DNA of 64,000 nt. Source: a virus. Below are positions 27,252 through 37,859 of the stretch, one piece after another. Numbering within the stretch: position 1 is the stretch's first letter; each line of letters opens with the position of its first letter. Location: positions 1,093 to 65,092 of IMG/VR virus record IMGVR_UViG_2534681605_000002; one strand, written 5' to 3'. The notes below the pieces were generated by a model. It was not told the origin of the DNA and ran no database searches. It saw only the letters and a list, made by a program, of their open reading frames with translations. A program made the translations under genes and the position numbers.

Positions 27252-28271
27252 TCATTGCTTTACCTCCTGTACAATTGTGGGCAAGTCTTTCAAGTCGTTC
27301 GGATAACCTGTAACGGTTGTCAGAATGCAGAGATAGATCACACCGTATTGTTCATAATATTTGTCTTTCTCGAATGCCATACCCTGCACGTATGGAATAG
27401 GATCATCAAGCGTGCCTGCGTGCTCAGCTTCAACGATCTTATACAGTGAAGCAGTTTCTATGCCCGGTTTCCAATCGGCTTGCAGCTTGTGCTTTTGTAT
27501 CACTTCAAACAAAGTGTCGCTTTCTCCTTCCACTACTCGAAGCCGGAAGCCTATTTCAACTTCCTTGCCAAACTCCGCATCTTTCTCACCCCAAATGGGG
27601 AATAAGACCTGCATCTCCAACGCTTGGCTGGCTGTGAGAGACACGCTGTTCATCATCGTACGGGCAAAGGTCACTGCCTGCGCTTCCGGGGATTTAGCGA
27701 TTGCCTTATCTGCTTTAGTTTGCAAGGCTGCCGTTGTTGTATGGATCATTTCAGGATAGCCTTCCACCACGATAGCTTCGACCTCCTCGGCTGTTTGGGC
27801 GGCATCGATACGGGATAGCAAGCGGTCTGTCACCCTGCCGCATTGCTCCGAATAGTCCGCTATTTCGTCAAGAGCAACCGTTAAGATATTCGAGGCGTAA
27901 AGATGACCGCCTACTTCGACTTCTTCCTGCCGGCCACACTTATCCTTCACTTGCAGGGTGTTCGAGACATATGCGTCCTGTTCATCAATATAATAATGAT
28001 GGATGTCTTTGTCGTAGATTTCCTGCCGTTTGGCATCACGGGCACGCCAGAGCAATTCTTCCGGAGTCGGTTCAGGTTCCGGAGCGGGCTGCATGTGCCA
28101 ACACTCCAACGGGGTTGCATCCGGATGTTCGTTGTGGTACTGTTCCTGTTCTTCTGAGAGCGGAAGATAAGCCCCAACCTCATAATCGTCTATATCTGTA
28201 CTTATGAGATAGGAATCAGGAAGTTTTACTTTCGTTTTCCAAAAATTAATGTCTTTATGAATGTATATCAT
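27252..28271 (-). CDS. Tail-fibre-associated/assembly protein
   Basis: Position in the tail cluster; HAGTLDDPIPY..GM...KYYEQ C-terminus. Confidence 0.7.
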   Translation of the reverse strand: MIYIHKDINFWKTKVKLPDSYLISTDIDDYEVGAYLPLSEEQEQYHNEHPDATPLECWHMQPAPEPEPTPEELLWRARDAKRQEIYDKDIHHYYIDEQDAYVSNTLQVKDKCGRQEEVEVGGHLYASNILTVALDEIADYSEQCGRVTDRLLSRIDAAQTAEEVEAIVVEGYPEMIHTTTAALQTKADKAIAKSPEAQAVTFARTMMNSVSLTASQALEMQVLFPIWGEKDAEFGKEVEIGFRLRVVEGESDTLFEVIQKHKLQADWKPGIETASLYKIVEAEHAGTLDDPIPYVQGMAFEKDKYYEQYGVIYLCILTTVTGYPNDLKDLPTIVQEVKQ

Positions 28272-28281
28272 ATTGCTATTC

Positions 28282-29184
28282 TTAATTGTGATAATATAAA
28301 CAAATTATACCCTGTCCTCCTTTTCCTCCTTTACGTGACAGACTACCACCTCCTCCGCCACCAGCTCCAATGCCACCATTTCCGCCATTCGTAGGATTGC
28401 TTGACCCTGAATTTCCACCATTTCCACCTGATTCAAGACCTGCCGCCCCACCACCTGCTCCAGACCCATCCGAACCAGATCCGTTCGAGCCTTTCCCCGA
28501 AGTTCCACCTCCTCCAAATAGGCCAATAGGAATAAGTACATTGTTATATTTATATCCTGTACCACCTTGATAAGATTGACTATTTCCACCTTTATAACCG
28601 CCCATACCATCTGCATTACTTACACTGTTTCCACCGGTCATTCCTGACGATGAATTTCCATTACCCGACATAGATGCGCCTGAACCACCAGCATAACCGT
28701 AAGAACCATTCCAATAACCAGGAGAGCCTCCACCATTATTACAAATCGCGATATCGGAAGATGGGTTTTCTACCAACTTTGATAGAATGGTATATATACT
28801 GTCTGGTATTTTAGAGCCATTACCAAGCCCTCCTGCTCCCTCACTATTACCTCTTTGCCCTCCAGCACAGATTATCGTATCCCCGTTTATTTCAAGAGTT
28901 GTACTATCCCCATCAGTTTGTGCATTTACAGGCTTTGCAATTTTACAAGTCAAAGTTTTCGGTAGCAAAGAGATTTTTATATTACGAGCAAATGCTATTG
29001 TTCCAGAAGCTCCACCGCCACCACTGTTTGTGCCACCTCCGCCGCCACCTCCAACGATTAGCAAATCCACAAACTTATATTTTTTCTCTATTATATAATT
29101 CTGTTGGATACCTAAAGGACTTACCAGCTTTACCAATTTAGGCACTGTATTATATAGATTACCTGATATCAATCTACGTTTCAT
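28282..29184 (-). CDS. Glycine-rich tail protein
   Basis: VGGGGGGG...GGKGGQGII polyglycine pattern. Confidence 0.8.
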   Translation of the reverse strand: MKRRLISGNLYNTVPKLVKLVSPLGIQQNYIIEKKYKFVDLLIVGGGGGGGTNSGGGGASGTIAFARNIKISLLPKTLTCKIAKPVNAQTDGDSTTLEINGDTIICAGGQRGNSEGAGGLGNGSKIPDSIYTILSKLVENPSSDIAICNNGGGSPGYWNGSYGYAGGSGASMSGNGNSSSGMTGGNSVSNADGMGGYKGGNSQSYQGGTGYKYNNVLIPIGLFGGGGTSGKGSNGSGSDGSGAGGGAAGLESGGNGGNSGSSNPTNGGNGGIGAGGGGGGSLSRKGGKGGQGIICLYYHN

Positions 29185-29200
29185 CTCTTCCTGTTTTGAA

Positions 29201-30187
29201 TTATACCCTAACTACTATTATCCCGTGTTCTTTCTTCAAGGATACACCTGTCGGTTTCCCGTTCGGTAACGTTACACTTGATTCCTCGGACTGCCAGCCA
29301 GAACCATTAGGGACCGGTTGGTCAAAGTCCGACCCGGAACTGTTCAAGATCGACAGATAGAATTCTTGCATTTCCGGTACGCTGGCGATATCGGCAAAGT
29401 TGATCGCTTGCGGGGATTTGCTTGTGTATTTGAAGCGAAGGTTATACGGTGATGACGGAAGAGCCGCCAGAGACTCGACATCGACATACTCTTTCAGCCT
29501 CAAAGAGTCCGATACCTTCGTTTTCTCTTCATTGCTGTAATTATTATCCGTATGGACATAAGCAGCGTCCTTGACCGTATGGTCGTCATTCTGTAACTGG
29601 GATAGCCTTGTCGGAATCGCCTGCTGGACATTTGTGATGCTCTGGTTCAGCCCGGCGATGATCCCTTGCAACGTCTGTGTGTCCTCTACGTTGGCAAGGA
29701 AAGCGATGATCTCGTTAAATGACTCGATGGCACTCGATGCGTCACCCGAAACGAGCGTGTTGACTTGCTGCTGCAAGGCTGTCAGCGCGTTCCTGATTTC
29801 CGTGTCGTCGTAGCTTTCCCCGTCCTGTCCTTCGGCTACCACACCCGTATCCTCTTCGCCTATTTTCCAATGCTTGGTTTCCGGATCGATCGAAGGAACC
29901 GGGGCATCGTTTCCCCGAAGGTTCGGGGTGTCAAACTTACCTTCAGCCGTCGTGATCGTCAGGATATAGGTCGTGGCATCATTCGTTTTAACTGTGACCT
30001 TCACCTCCTGCATGACGGCCGGCAACTGGGCAAACGTATGAACGCCATCAGCCAGCTTCATGTTGAATTTACCGTTTTCCAAACGTTCAAATAACCAGAC
30101 TGATGTAGGGTAGACGGTTGCGTTATCGGCCCATTCAGCCGTCGTCAGTTCGATCTGTTGATAAATAAATGCACCTTTCTTACTCAT
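29201..30187 (-). CDS. Tail fibre protein
   Basis: TTAEWA...KLADGVHTFAQLP N-terminus; AIESFNEIIAFL. Confidence 0.75.
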   Translation of the reverse strand: MSKKGAFIYQQIELTTAEWADNATVYPTSVWLFERLENGKFNMKLADGVHTFAQLPAVMQEVKVTVKTNDATTYILTITTAEGKFDTPNLRGNDAPVPSIDPETKHWKIGEEDTGVVAEGQDGESYDDTEIRNALTALQQQVNTLVSGDASSAIESFNEIIAFLANVEDTQTLQGIIAGLNQSITNVQQAIPTRLSQLQNDDHTVKDAAYVHTDNNYSNEEKTKVSDSLRLKEYVDVESLAALPSSPYNLRFKYTSKSPQAINFADIASVPEMQEFYLSILNSSGSDFDQPVPNGSGWQSEESSVTLPNGKPTGVSLKKEHGIIVVRV

Positions 30188-31829
30188 TGCTTAAATATCC
30201 TTGTTTTATCGTTCGTACTGATTCATTGTAATAATTGGCTCCTGTCAGATAAACATTACCGGGCAAGGCTGTACCGCTGCCGGATTCCTGCCACGAGGCT
30301 TTTCCCCCGGCAAGATCATAAAGCCGGTAGAATACATATTCGCCATCTTCCGCTACACGCATATCATCACCGATACGAAAATTGATGGTTGTACCGTCGG
30401 TATTGACATAGCTCAATGTATTTTCGTCCGGGATAGCCTCCAACGTCGGGATCTCCGGTTTGTTCTTGATATAATTGGGCGATTCCTTTCCTGAGAGCCA
30501 ATCAGGGCGAATACCGGAAACGATCCCTTCTGCAGCCTCGGCGGCAGTGTTGGCCCGATCAGCTGCCTCATTGGCTTTTTGAATAGAAATCTCTGTACTT
30601 GTTTCCCGTTTGGTTTCTTGACTTTGACGAATTTCCTCCTGGTTCTGGCGAACCACTTCCGCCGCTTCCCGCTCTTCTTCTGATACTCCACGGACTATTT
30701 CAGCCGCTTCCCGTACGGCTTCGGCCTTGATACGTTGCTCTTCGGATAAAGTACGAAGCGATTCAGCCTCGACACGGACTGATTCCGACTCTTTGCGTAT
30801 GCTCTCGGCCTTCGTCCTTTCAACTTCTGTTTCCGTTCTTGTCTGTTCCGCCCTTACCCGACTGGCTTCTACCTGAACGCGAGACGATTCAGATTCTATC
30901 CTTGCTGTTTCGGCTTCCTTGCGCAAGTTTTCAGATGTATTTCGCTCACTCTCACTTGTTTTGCGTATGGTTTCAGCCTCCTTACGGACCGTTTCCGATT
31001 CCTTGCGTTCTGTTTCGGCGGTTTGTCGCTCTGATTCATTGCTTCTGCGAAGAGCTTCCGCCTCGGTCCGTTTCGTCTCGGAATTCTTACGGGCAATCTC
31101 GGAAGTGGAACGTTCCTGCTCAGCGGCAACCCTTTCGATCTCCGCTTCTATACGTGCTGCTTCCGCCTTGATTCGCTCCGCCTCCTGTTCACAGACTTCC
31201 ACGTTCGTTTGTTCGGTAGCCTCGGCGGCCGCATTGGCCCGGTCCGCCCCGGCATTGGCTACCTCGGCAGCTTCCAGTGCCGGAGCCTGGAACTCGGTCA
31301 GTACATCATCCGGCAATTCATGCCAAAGTTCTGCAATCTGGTCTTTCGTCAAGTCCGTAAAGTGCCAGCGAAGATCATCAATGGCAATTAACGACCGCCA
31401 GGCCGTATCTTCCTCGCTCTTATATTTCCACTCCAAACCGGTGTCACCTTTGCGAAACTCCGGGGTTTCGCCCGCGTCACCTTTCAAATAGGACAATTGT
31501 ATCAACGTCTTCCATTCGGACGGTTCGCCACCGGAAACACTCACCTTACGCCACTGGATGGCCGTTCGGTCCGCATCGACCTGGAACTCGACATCATGAC
31601 CGTCCACACCTTTCAATATCTCAACGGCTACGCGGACCAGCTTGTAACTTGCTCCCAGGGATTGCAGGACGGGAAGTGACGTTATACCGGAAAGGCTCTT
31701 TACTTCCTCCCATTCGCCCGGATCCTTCGAATTGCTCGATATGAGCTTTTCGACCTCGACCGCGATCTTTTGTAAGTCTTCTATCGTGAGTATCTTACCG
31801 TCCGATGTAATTATATCGCCTACTGCCAT
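30180..31829 (-). CDS. Tail fibre with a long E/A/R coiled coil
   Basis: Heptad-like RxxAExx repeats. Confidence 0.75.
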   Translation of the reverse strand: MAVGDIITSDGKILTIEDLQKIAVEVEKLISSNSKDPGEWEEVKSLSGITSLPVLQSLGASYKLVRVAVEILKGVDGHDVEFQVDADRTAIQWRKVSVSGGEPSEWKTLIQLSYLKGDAGETPEFRKGDTGLEWKYKSEEDTAWRSLIAIDDLRWHFTDLTKDQIAELWHELPDDVLTEFQAPALEAAEVANAGADRANAAAEATEQTNVEVCEQEAERIKAEAARIEAEIERVAAEQERSTSEIARKNSETKRTEAEALRRSNESERQTAETERKESETVRKEAETIRKTSESERNTSENLRKEAETARIESESSRVQVEASRVRAEQTRTETEVERTKAESIRKESESVRVEAESLRTLSEEQRIKAEAVREAAEIVRGVSEEEREAAEVVRQNQEEIRQSQETKRETSTEISIQKANEAADRANTAAEAAEGIVSGIRPDWLSGKESPNYIKNKPEIPTLEAIPDENTLSYVNTDGTTINFRIGDDMRVAEDGEYVFYRLYDLAGGKASWQESGSGTALPGNVYLTGANYYNESVRTIKQGYLSNE

Positions 31830-31854
31830 ACATGTTCCATTTTTTATTTAAAGT

Positions 31855-32145
31855 TCATTCCGCATCCGAAACCTGTACCGTCATTTGCTTCTTTTCCTGG
31901 AGCTTCTCTATCAGAATAGCAACAATACTTTTTTGTTCTTCACCCGTCAATGCATCCGGATCAGAAAGCGACAAGGTCAGACGTTTTCCTTCCGAGTAGT
32001 TCATATACCCTACCTGTTTGCCGTCCTTCTTTATGTAAGATACAAACGAATGTTTGTTTTCCGAGAGGTCATGGGTTGCCATATATTCGGCCGACACATT
32101 ACCGGATTGGACTGTTCCGTTTGATGTCAATACCTGTGTTTCCAT
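31855..32145 (-). CDS. Small virion/tail protein
   Basis: ORF in the late operon. Confidence 0.6.
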   Translation of the reverse strand: METQVLTSNGTVQSGNVSAEYMATHDLSENKHSFVSYIKKDGKQVGYMNYSEGKRLTLSLSDPDALTGEEQKSIVAILIEKLQEKKQMTVQVSDAE

Positions 32146-32149
32146 ATGC

Positions 32150-32470
32150 CTACTTTTTTTCTATCAGTTCTACAATCTGTCCATATCCTCCCGGATTGAG
32201 CACCGCAGCGGCCTGCTTGACCAAAGCTGCTTCCTCGGCCGTCAGCTCCACTACGCCTTTTGCCTTGGATATCTTGCAATACAATTCATAGGAGGCAAGC
32301 TTCTGTTTCGCGACCATCTCGGCATCCGACGACGGACGGATAAAATCCCCGCTGAAAAGAAGCAGGCTTACCGTTTCATCTATCATCTTGGCTTTTTCTT
32401 CCTCGCCTTTTCTTTCTTTTATCTCTTCCCCGTTCCAAGCTTTGAACGGCACATGCAAATTCAGTTTCAT
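32150..32470 (-). CDS. Small tail-associated protein
   Basis: ORF in the late operon. Confidence 0.65.
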   Translation of the reverse strand: MKLNLHVPFKAWNGEEIKERKGEEEKAKMIDETVSLLLFSGDFIRPSSDAEMVAKQKLASYELYCKISKAKGVVELTAEEAALVKQAAAVLNPGGYGQIVELIEKK

Positions 32471-32490
32471 AAATTTCTATTTTTTTGAGA

Positions 32491-35097
32491 TTAAAAATTA
32501 TCTGTATTAAAATCAACCGAACGTGGCTTTGTACAAGCAACGGCTATGCCATTGTCAAATACAAACCAAGTATCGCTGTTATCTATTCTATAAGCCCCTT
32601 TTAAGCCCCCTCTCACATTCCCTTTCGGACTCTTGGTGAAATATCCATCTGAATAGATATAGCCATCAAACCAAGCAGCCCAAACAGTGTCTCCGGATGG
32701 GTAAGAAGGAGATTGTTTGCTAGAACCATAAATCGCTGCTGAACCGGGAGCACGTCCTATCGCTTTCACTCCAAAACGGCCTTGTGTGGACGCTCCAAAT
32801 GCGACATCAACCAATCCGTCATTATTATTACCATAACCCATTTTTATAGTGCGGGATTTATCCCCGAAATAATCCAAACCTTCCCATACAAGACGATTAT
32901 TTATTATCTTGAAAAGGCCAATCTGGCCACCGTTCGCCGTAATTGTCCCGCTAAACGTCCCGTTTTTGGCAGTCATATTTCCAGATCCGTCTATGCTGAA
33001 GCCACTATTAACAGTAGTATAACCTTCCAAATGTATCTGGTCTGCACCTATTGCGACCGTGCTTAACTGCTTGCCTACATATGTGGAAACATAAGCCTGA
33101 GTCACCAGCCCCCTATCGTTAACTTCTTCCGCAAAAAGCGAAGCGAATCCCGACTTGGTGATGAAACCAGAGGCCTTTACATATCGGTCCAAATTGTTCA
33201 CGTCAGTCGTTACCGCCTCAATACTATCCGCCTGGATGTCGATCTGGCTTTGCAGTTGTTGTTTAAGACTGTTAGTCCCGTTTTGGTATTCTGAATAGGT
33301 CACACGGGCATTGATATCGTCCGCCATGATACTAAGCTGGCTGTCATAGCGGCTCGTGATCACTCCTTCGGAATCCTTGATCTGTTTCGTGGCCCATAGC
33401 TTGATCCGCTCCTCGCTCTGCTCTATGCCGGTGGCAAGGTAGAGGAACGCGTCAGCCGCACTATCGTTACGGAGCGTCACGCCGTATATCAGTATTTCTC
33501 CTGTAAAAGCAATGTCGAAATCACCTTTCTCATCCCACATACCGGTATGGTAATAAAGGGTATAACCGCCCGAAGGAGGCAAACTTTCTTCTTTGTAAAG
33601 TTCCGATCCGGACACCCCGGCACGCAATGTACCTGCCCTTAATACCCGGTAATGGAAAGAGAAAGAATAGGTGTATTTTCCATCCTCGCTCGGATTGGAA
33701 TGCATCGGGATATCCATTAAGTCGTTTGCCTGACCGGCACTACTGTTCAGAATCCTCAAGACACGACGGTTTCCGTCACGGTACATACCAACATACGTTT
33801 CTTTATCCACATAGAAAGAGGACGGCAGCCAAAGCCATCCATCTTTGACTGGGATGTAATGCACCAGGCTCTTCGTATCCCAATAATAGGTGTTGGACGC
33901 AAACGAAGGGTTCCGGAGGATATTCCCCTTTTCCCCAGATATATCATTTCGTACACCCTCTATCTCGCTACGGAGCTTGCCTTCCATCACTTCGAATGTC
34001 TGCTCAATGGTGCTTCCGTCTTCCAGGTAATAGGTGCTATGCTGAAAGATACCACCATTAATATAGATGCCATGCCCTGTAAGGGTACGCCCGTTGACCG
34101 TCAGCCCCCCCAGATTCCCGATGCGGACCTTCGTATTGTCGGCTATGAGTTGCGGACTGGTTACTTCATCGAGCACATCTATATAAGGAGCATAATCGTC
34201 GGAAGAAGTCAAATAGATAAGCCCCTGGCGATTCTTCTCCTCAAGGTTCCCCATACGGAACGCTACGTCACCTGCCTTTGGCACGCTCCCGCCCTCGATC
34301 ACTTTAAGGTCGAACCTCTCCGATGTCACGTTTTCCACTTCGGCAAACAAGTAACGGATTCCACCTTTCCCGTCCCGTTGCTGGATACGAACAAGGTCAC
34401 CATCCCGAAGATTCATGAACATTTCGCCCCCCATATCGTCCATCTCACAGCGATAACGACGTGTTCCGAGCGGAGTGACCGTCTTTATCTTGTTAAAATC
34501 TGACACGATATGGGAACCGTTCAGCCCCAACACTTGGGAATAAACCAGCTCGTAGACTTTAAATGTCTTCCGCACCGTCCAGTTGTCCACCGTACCGGAA
34601 GCTGTAGGCGAATCAATACGCCAGCCATAACCGAACATACCGGAAGCAAAATCACGGCTGCCTATGGAGTTTCCTATAATTGCATCCGAACGGATCACAG
34701 CCGATTCACCTTCAATACCACCATCAGCCGTAATTTTCCAACCATTTCCCCCTTCAATACCGGTCAAAAAGTCAGGTGAACCGATACTTTCATGAAATCG
34801 GATGTTTCCTAATGCGTAATCGTCTATATCTTTACGGATAAACATGCCATCCATTTCTATAATGGCACCACGTATAGCGTCTTCTATCTCCTTCAGTGCC
34901 CGAAGTGCCGTAAAAGCATTCGTATCCGATGGCCGGATATCATCGTTCAGCTTTATATGATAAATACCACTGCCACTACCACCAGTCCCCGGAGTACCGA
35001 TACTCGCGATTACTTCTGGCTTAATTTTAAGTATAAGATTGTCATTTTCAACCTCATACAACAAATCACCCTTATCTTCATCTAACTGATATCTCAT
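32491..35097 (-). CDS. Large tail/tail-spike protein
   Basis: 868 aa; coiled coil followed by a beta-rich C-terminus. Confidence 0.75.
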   Translation of the reverse strand: MRYQLDEDKGDLLYEVENDNLILKIKPEVIASIGTPGTGGSGSGIYHIKLNDDIRPSDTNAFTALRALKEIEDAIRGAIIEMDGMFIRKDIDDYALGNIRFHESIGSPDFLTGIEGGNGWKITADGGIEGESAVIRSDAIIGNSIGSRDFASGMFGYGWRIDSPTASGTVDNWTVRKTFKVYELVYSQVLGLNGSHIVSDFNKIKTVTPLGTRRYRCEMDDMGGEMFMNLRDGDLVRIQQRDGKGGIRYLFAEVENVTSERFDLKVIEGGSVPKAGDVAFRMGNLEEKNRQGLIYLTSSDDYAPYIDVLDEVTSPQLIADNTKVRIGNLGGLTVNGRTLTGHGIYINGGIFQHSTYYLEDGSTIEQTFEVMEGKLRSEIEGVRNDISGEKGNILRNPSFASNTYYWDTKSLVHYIPVKDGWLWLPSSFYVDKETYVGMYRDGNRRVLRILNSSAGQANDLMDIPMHSNPSEDGKYTYSFSFHYRVLRAGTLRAGVSGSELYKEESLPPSGGYTLYYHTGMWDEKGDFDIAFTGEILIYGVTLRNDSAADAFLYLATGIEQSEERIKLWATKQIKDSEGVITSRYDSQLSIMADDINARVTYSEYQNGTNSLKQQLQSQIDIQADSIEAVTTDVNNLDRYVKASGFITKSGFASLFAEEVNDRGLVTQAYVSTYVGKQLSTVAIGADQIHLEGYTTVNSGFSIDGSGNMTAKNGTFSGTITANGGQIGLFKIINNRLVWEGLDYFGDKSRTIKMGYGNNNDGLVDVAFGASTQGRFGVKAIGRAPGSAAIYGSSKQSPSYPSGDTVWAAWFDGYIYSDGYFTKSPKGNVRGGLKGAYRIDNSDTWFVFDNGIAVACTKPRSVDFNTDNF

Positions 35098-35714
35098 TGT
35101 ATTTTCGGAAGGACTTGAACTGCTATTTTCAACATTCGCTCAGCGACATTAGGCATCTCGAATATATTATATACCAAATAAGCACAAGCGTAACAAATCG
35201 CGGGCATTAATGATTCACCGTAATTCGAAAGACTATCATCAGATAAGTCCGTCATGCTTTTTACATAATTGAAATATTGTAATTCACCGGATGGAAAACA
35301 TTCTATACACAGCCCTGTCTTATTATAAGAAAAAACGCATGAAGGTTTATTTACACCACTTCGGGTAACGGCATTGTGTTGAATTTTATAGTCTTCACTT
35401 CCAAATGGAGAAACTCTCTGGACCTCTCTTTTCCATCCCGAAAGACGTAGAGACACAAAACGTAAAAAATCTTGCGGTAAAGGAATTACCGTACAACCTT
35501 CACTACTTGTTCCGCCAGATGTCATATTTCCGGTGTTCAACAAAGCAATAGAGACATTTTCATCCTGTGCTATGAGATTTATAGCATCAGGTATAACAGA
35601 TTCTATATACTCTGCCAGCTTTACTGTATCTTCTGATAACAATGAGAGATTTTCTTCCTCGCCTATCTCATTCATTATCGCTCTGGTTTTATCTATTATA
35701 CCCTGCTTTGTCAT
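35094..35714 (-). CDS. Head-tail adaptor/tail tubular protein A-like
   Basis: IPLPQDFLRFVSL...AICYACAYLVY; position after the capsid gene. Confidence 0.6.
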   Translation of the reverse strand: MTKQGIIDKTRAIMNEIGEEENLSLLSEDTVKLAEYIESVIPDAINLIAQDENVSIALLNTGNMTSGGTSSEGCTVIPLPQDFLRFVSLRLSGWKREVQRVSPFGSEDYKIQHNAVTRSGVNKPSCVFSYNKTGLCIECFPSGELQYFNYVKSMTDLSDDSLSNYGESLMPAICYACAYLVYNIFEMPNVAERMLKIAVQVLPKIQ

Positions 35715-35716
35715 GA

Positions 35717-36115
35717 TTATCTCATATTAGGGAATGATACACTCTTTTTCTTGGCCGCTTCTTTTACATCCTGTTTACTCTTCAGAGAATCTAACTGGAC
35801 ACCATGCTTGGTGACTAACACGTTTATAGCATCCTGAACACGCGTAATGTAATTATACTCTTTTACCTTACCGTTGCTTGCTACTCTCTCTTTAGACTGC
35901 ATAGGCGAAATTACTTCAAGAAAGAAAAGCTCACCATACCTTGGGTCTGACTCTATTGCATCTTGCAACCGTTTGTCAGAAGTTACAAATCTCGCAGATA
36001 CCCGTGATACCCCAGATGGAACACCTCCTGTAAATTCAATACGTCTTGGAATACCACCTACATTAATAATCGTCGAAAGTTCGGCAGACGATGTACCATA
36101 TATTTTCTTATACAT
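35717..36115 (-). CDS. Hypothetical structural-module protein
   Basis: ORF after the capsid gene. Confidence 0.65.
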   Translation of the reverse strand: MYKKIYGTSSAELSTIINVGGIPRRIEFTGGVPSGVSRVSARFVTSDKRLQDAIESDPRYGELFFLEVISPMQSKERVASNGKVKEYNYITRVQDAINVLVTKHGVQLDSLKSKQDVKEAAKKKSVSFPNMR

Positions 36116-36187
36116 AACCTTATCTCTATCTAAAAAGGGAGAATCTAAAAAATGCAGAATCTCCCTTTTCTAATTAAACATTAATTA

Positions 36188-37837
36188 TCAGGCTCCGATA
36201 TAGACATCTCCATCATACTTTACCCATTTTGTCCCATTCCACTGAGCCAACATACCGGCCTTCAACTCATCGTTGGTTCCAGTCGATGCGACATCCTTCT
36301 TCAAGTACAGGATAGCGCCTTCCTTATTTCCCTCACTTGGCAAAGTCGCACCATCATTTGTTTTTGCCTTTACAAGATCTGGTTCCGCATCATTGAAACC
36401 GGACGTGTTCGGCTTGATCAGCAGATGACTGTATCCTTTCAACGTTAAACAGTCTGTCTGAATCGTAACATTGCGTTCAGCAGCTTCGCCCTGCGTTTCC
36501 ATATTGATATTCCGTCGCTCCTCCTCCATTTTGTAGAGAACCAACATATCAAGATCAAGACAAATACCGATCTCCGACAAACCAACTTCGTCCAGAATAG
36601 GCAAATGGACAACATTCATCGTTCCGAAAGAGCTTTCGAAGGCTTGGAATTTGATACCCCATTTCTCTCTGGATTTCACATTAATATCTTTCGTCAACGT
36701 GTAATCGACTGTCATCATATCTTCCAACAAATCCTTGCCGACACCTACAAAGGCTTCCTTGCTTCCGTTGTTACCGGTAAATTTCATTTTGGTAATACCG
36801 ATAAAATCCGCAAAGCTGAACTTACCTTTCGTATATTCATAGTGTTTCTTGATGGACCACATGATACCCTCCTGAAAATACACGTTTTCAATTCCACGAT
36901 TCGGATATTGCGCATCCTTGATCGCGATCTTACCCTTGATACCCAGCAAATAGGACACTTCGCATTTGCGACGGAATTCCCAAAGGTCATTTTCCATCAC
37001 ATCTTCCTTATCCCAGGCCACCTTTTTCTTTACATTCTCAAAATATTCGGTAAACTTGGTGTTGGACATCTTCCGCTGCATATAGACTTCGCGAGGCGTA
37101 GGCGCCTGATTGGTCGGAGGACAGAACAACTGGCTTTCGCTGCCGGCCTTGGCCATACAATACAAGGCCGTGCCCTCCGGAATAGAAGGAACATAACATT
37201 CCACGTCTGCCGGGTTTTGCTTTTTCCCATTAATGGCTACAACTACTGGAAGCCCCGACGAAGCATCCAGTGCCACAACATAAAGCATCAGATCCACACC
37301 GGGAGTGACCGTCGAACCGTCGCTTGCATAACCGTCCACTCCACGAACGTTGATTGTGTCATATACGTTAAACACACTGCCGTCCGCTGCATCAATAGGC
37401 AATGCTACACGTTTTTTACTTGCAGACTCCGTATGTTCAGCGTTCGTGATACAAGTGATACGGGAAGCATCGATATTATAATGCTTGACAACATAATTCG
37501 TTTTTCTCTTTTTCTTTGCCGCTTTTCGGGCAATCGTGTCAATCGGGAAAAAATCAGGACGGAATTTCGCAATATCCTCGTCTATGTCTTCAGCTATGAT
37601 ATCGCCCGTTTCACCACCTCTTTCCAAAGTGGTCACAGAAGTATCCTGCCCTCCTAACTGTGTTTGCAAACCCTCATGGCCTTCCGTAGCCGTACCCCCT
37701 TCTGGTGCTGGCGGAGCAACAGTCACCCCTTCAGCCATAAGGACAGATGCATCTCCAAACGCAATCCCAAGAATCATTAACACCAAGGATAAAATAAATC
37801 CCTTTTCGTTTCTCACATAATTTACAAATTTTCCCAT
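36188..37837 (-). CDS. Major capsid protein (HK97-fold, SU10/DUF5309-like) with an N-terminal hydrophobic leader
   Basis: Downstream of the scaffold gene; DIDEDIAK.RP..FP, YMQR, EFRRKCEVSYLLG, EGI, FESSFGTMNVV pattern; start MGKFVNY at 37837. Confidence 0.8.
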   Translation of the reverse strand: MGKFVNYVRNEKGFILSLVLMILGIAFGDASVLMAEGVTVAPPAPEGGTATEGHEGLQTQLGGQDTSVTTLERGGETGDIIAEDIDEDIAKFRPDFFPIDTIARKAAKKKRKTNYVVKHYNIDASRITCITNAEHTESASKKRVALPIDAADGSVFNVYDTINVRGVDGYASDGSTVTPGVDLMLYVVALDASSGLPVVVAINGKKQNPADVECYVPSIPEGTALYCMAKAGSESQLFCPPTNQAPTPREVYMQRKMSNTKFTEYFENVKKKVAWDKEDVMENDLWEFRRKCEVSYLLGIKGKIAIKDAQYPNRGIENVYFQEGIMWSIKKHYEYTKGKFSFADFIGITKMKFTGNNGSKEAFVGVGKDLLEDMMTVDYTLTKDINVKSREKWGIKFQAFESSFGTMNVVHLPILDEVGLSEIGICLDLDMLVLYKMEEERRNINMETQGEAAERNVTIQTDCLTLKGYSHLLIKPNTSGFNDAEPDLVKAKTNDGATLPSEGNKEGAILYLKKDVASTGTNDELKAGMLAQWNGTKWVKYDGDVYIGA

Positions 37838-37859
37838 CGCTTTACTTATTAAAAATTGA

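Noticed and set aside
30550-31260. DNA tandem repeat array
   Set aside because: Periodicity is explained by the E/A/R coiled-coil coding of the tail fibre
36605-37657. 350-aa plus-strand ORF
   Set aside because: Antisense shadow of the capsid gene
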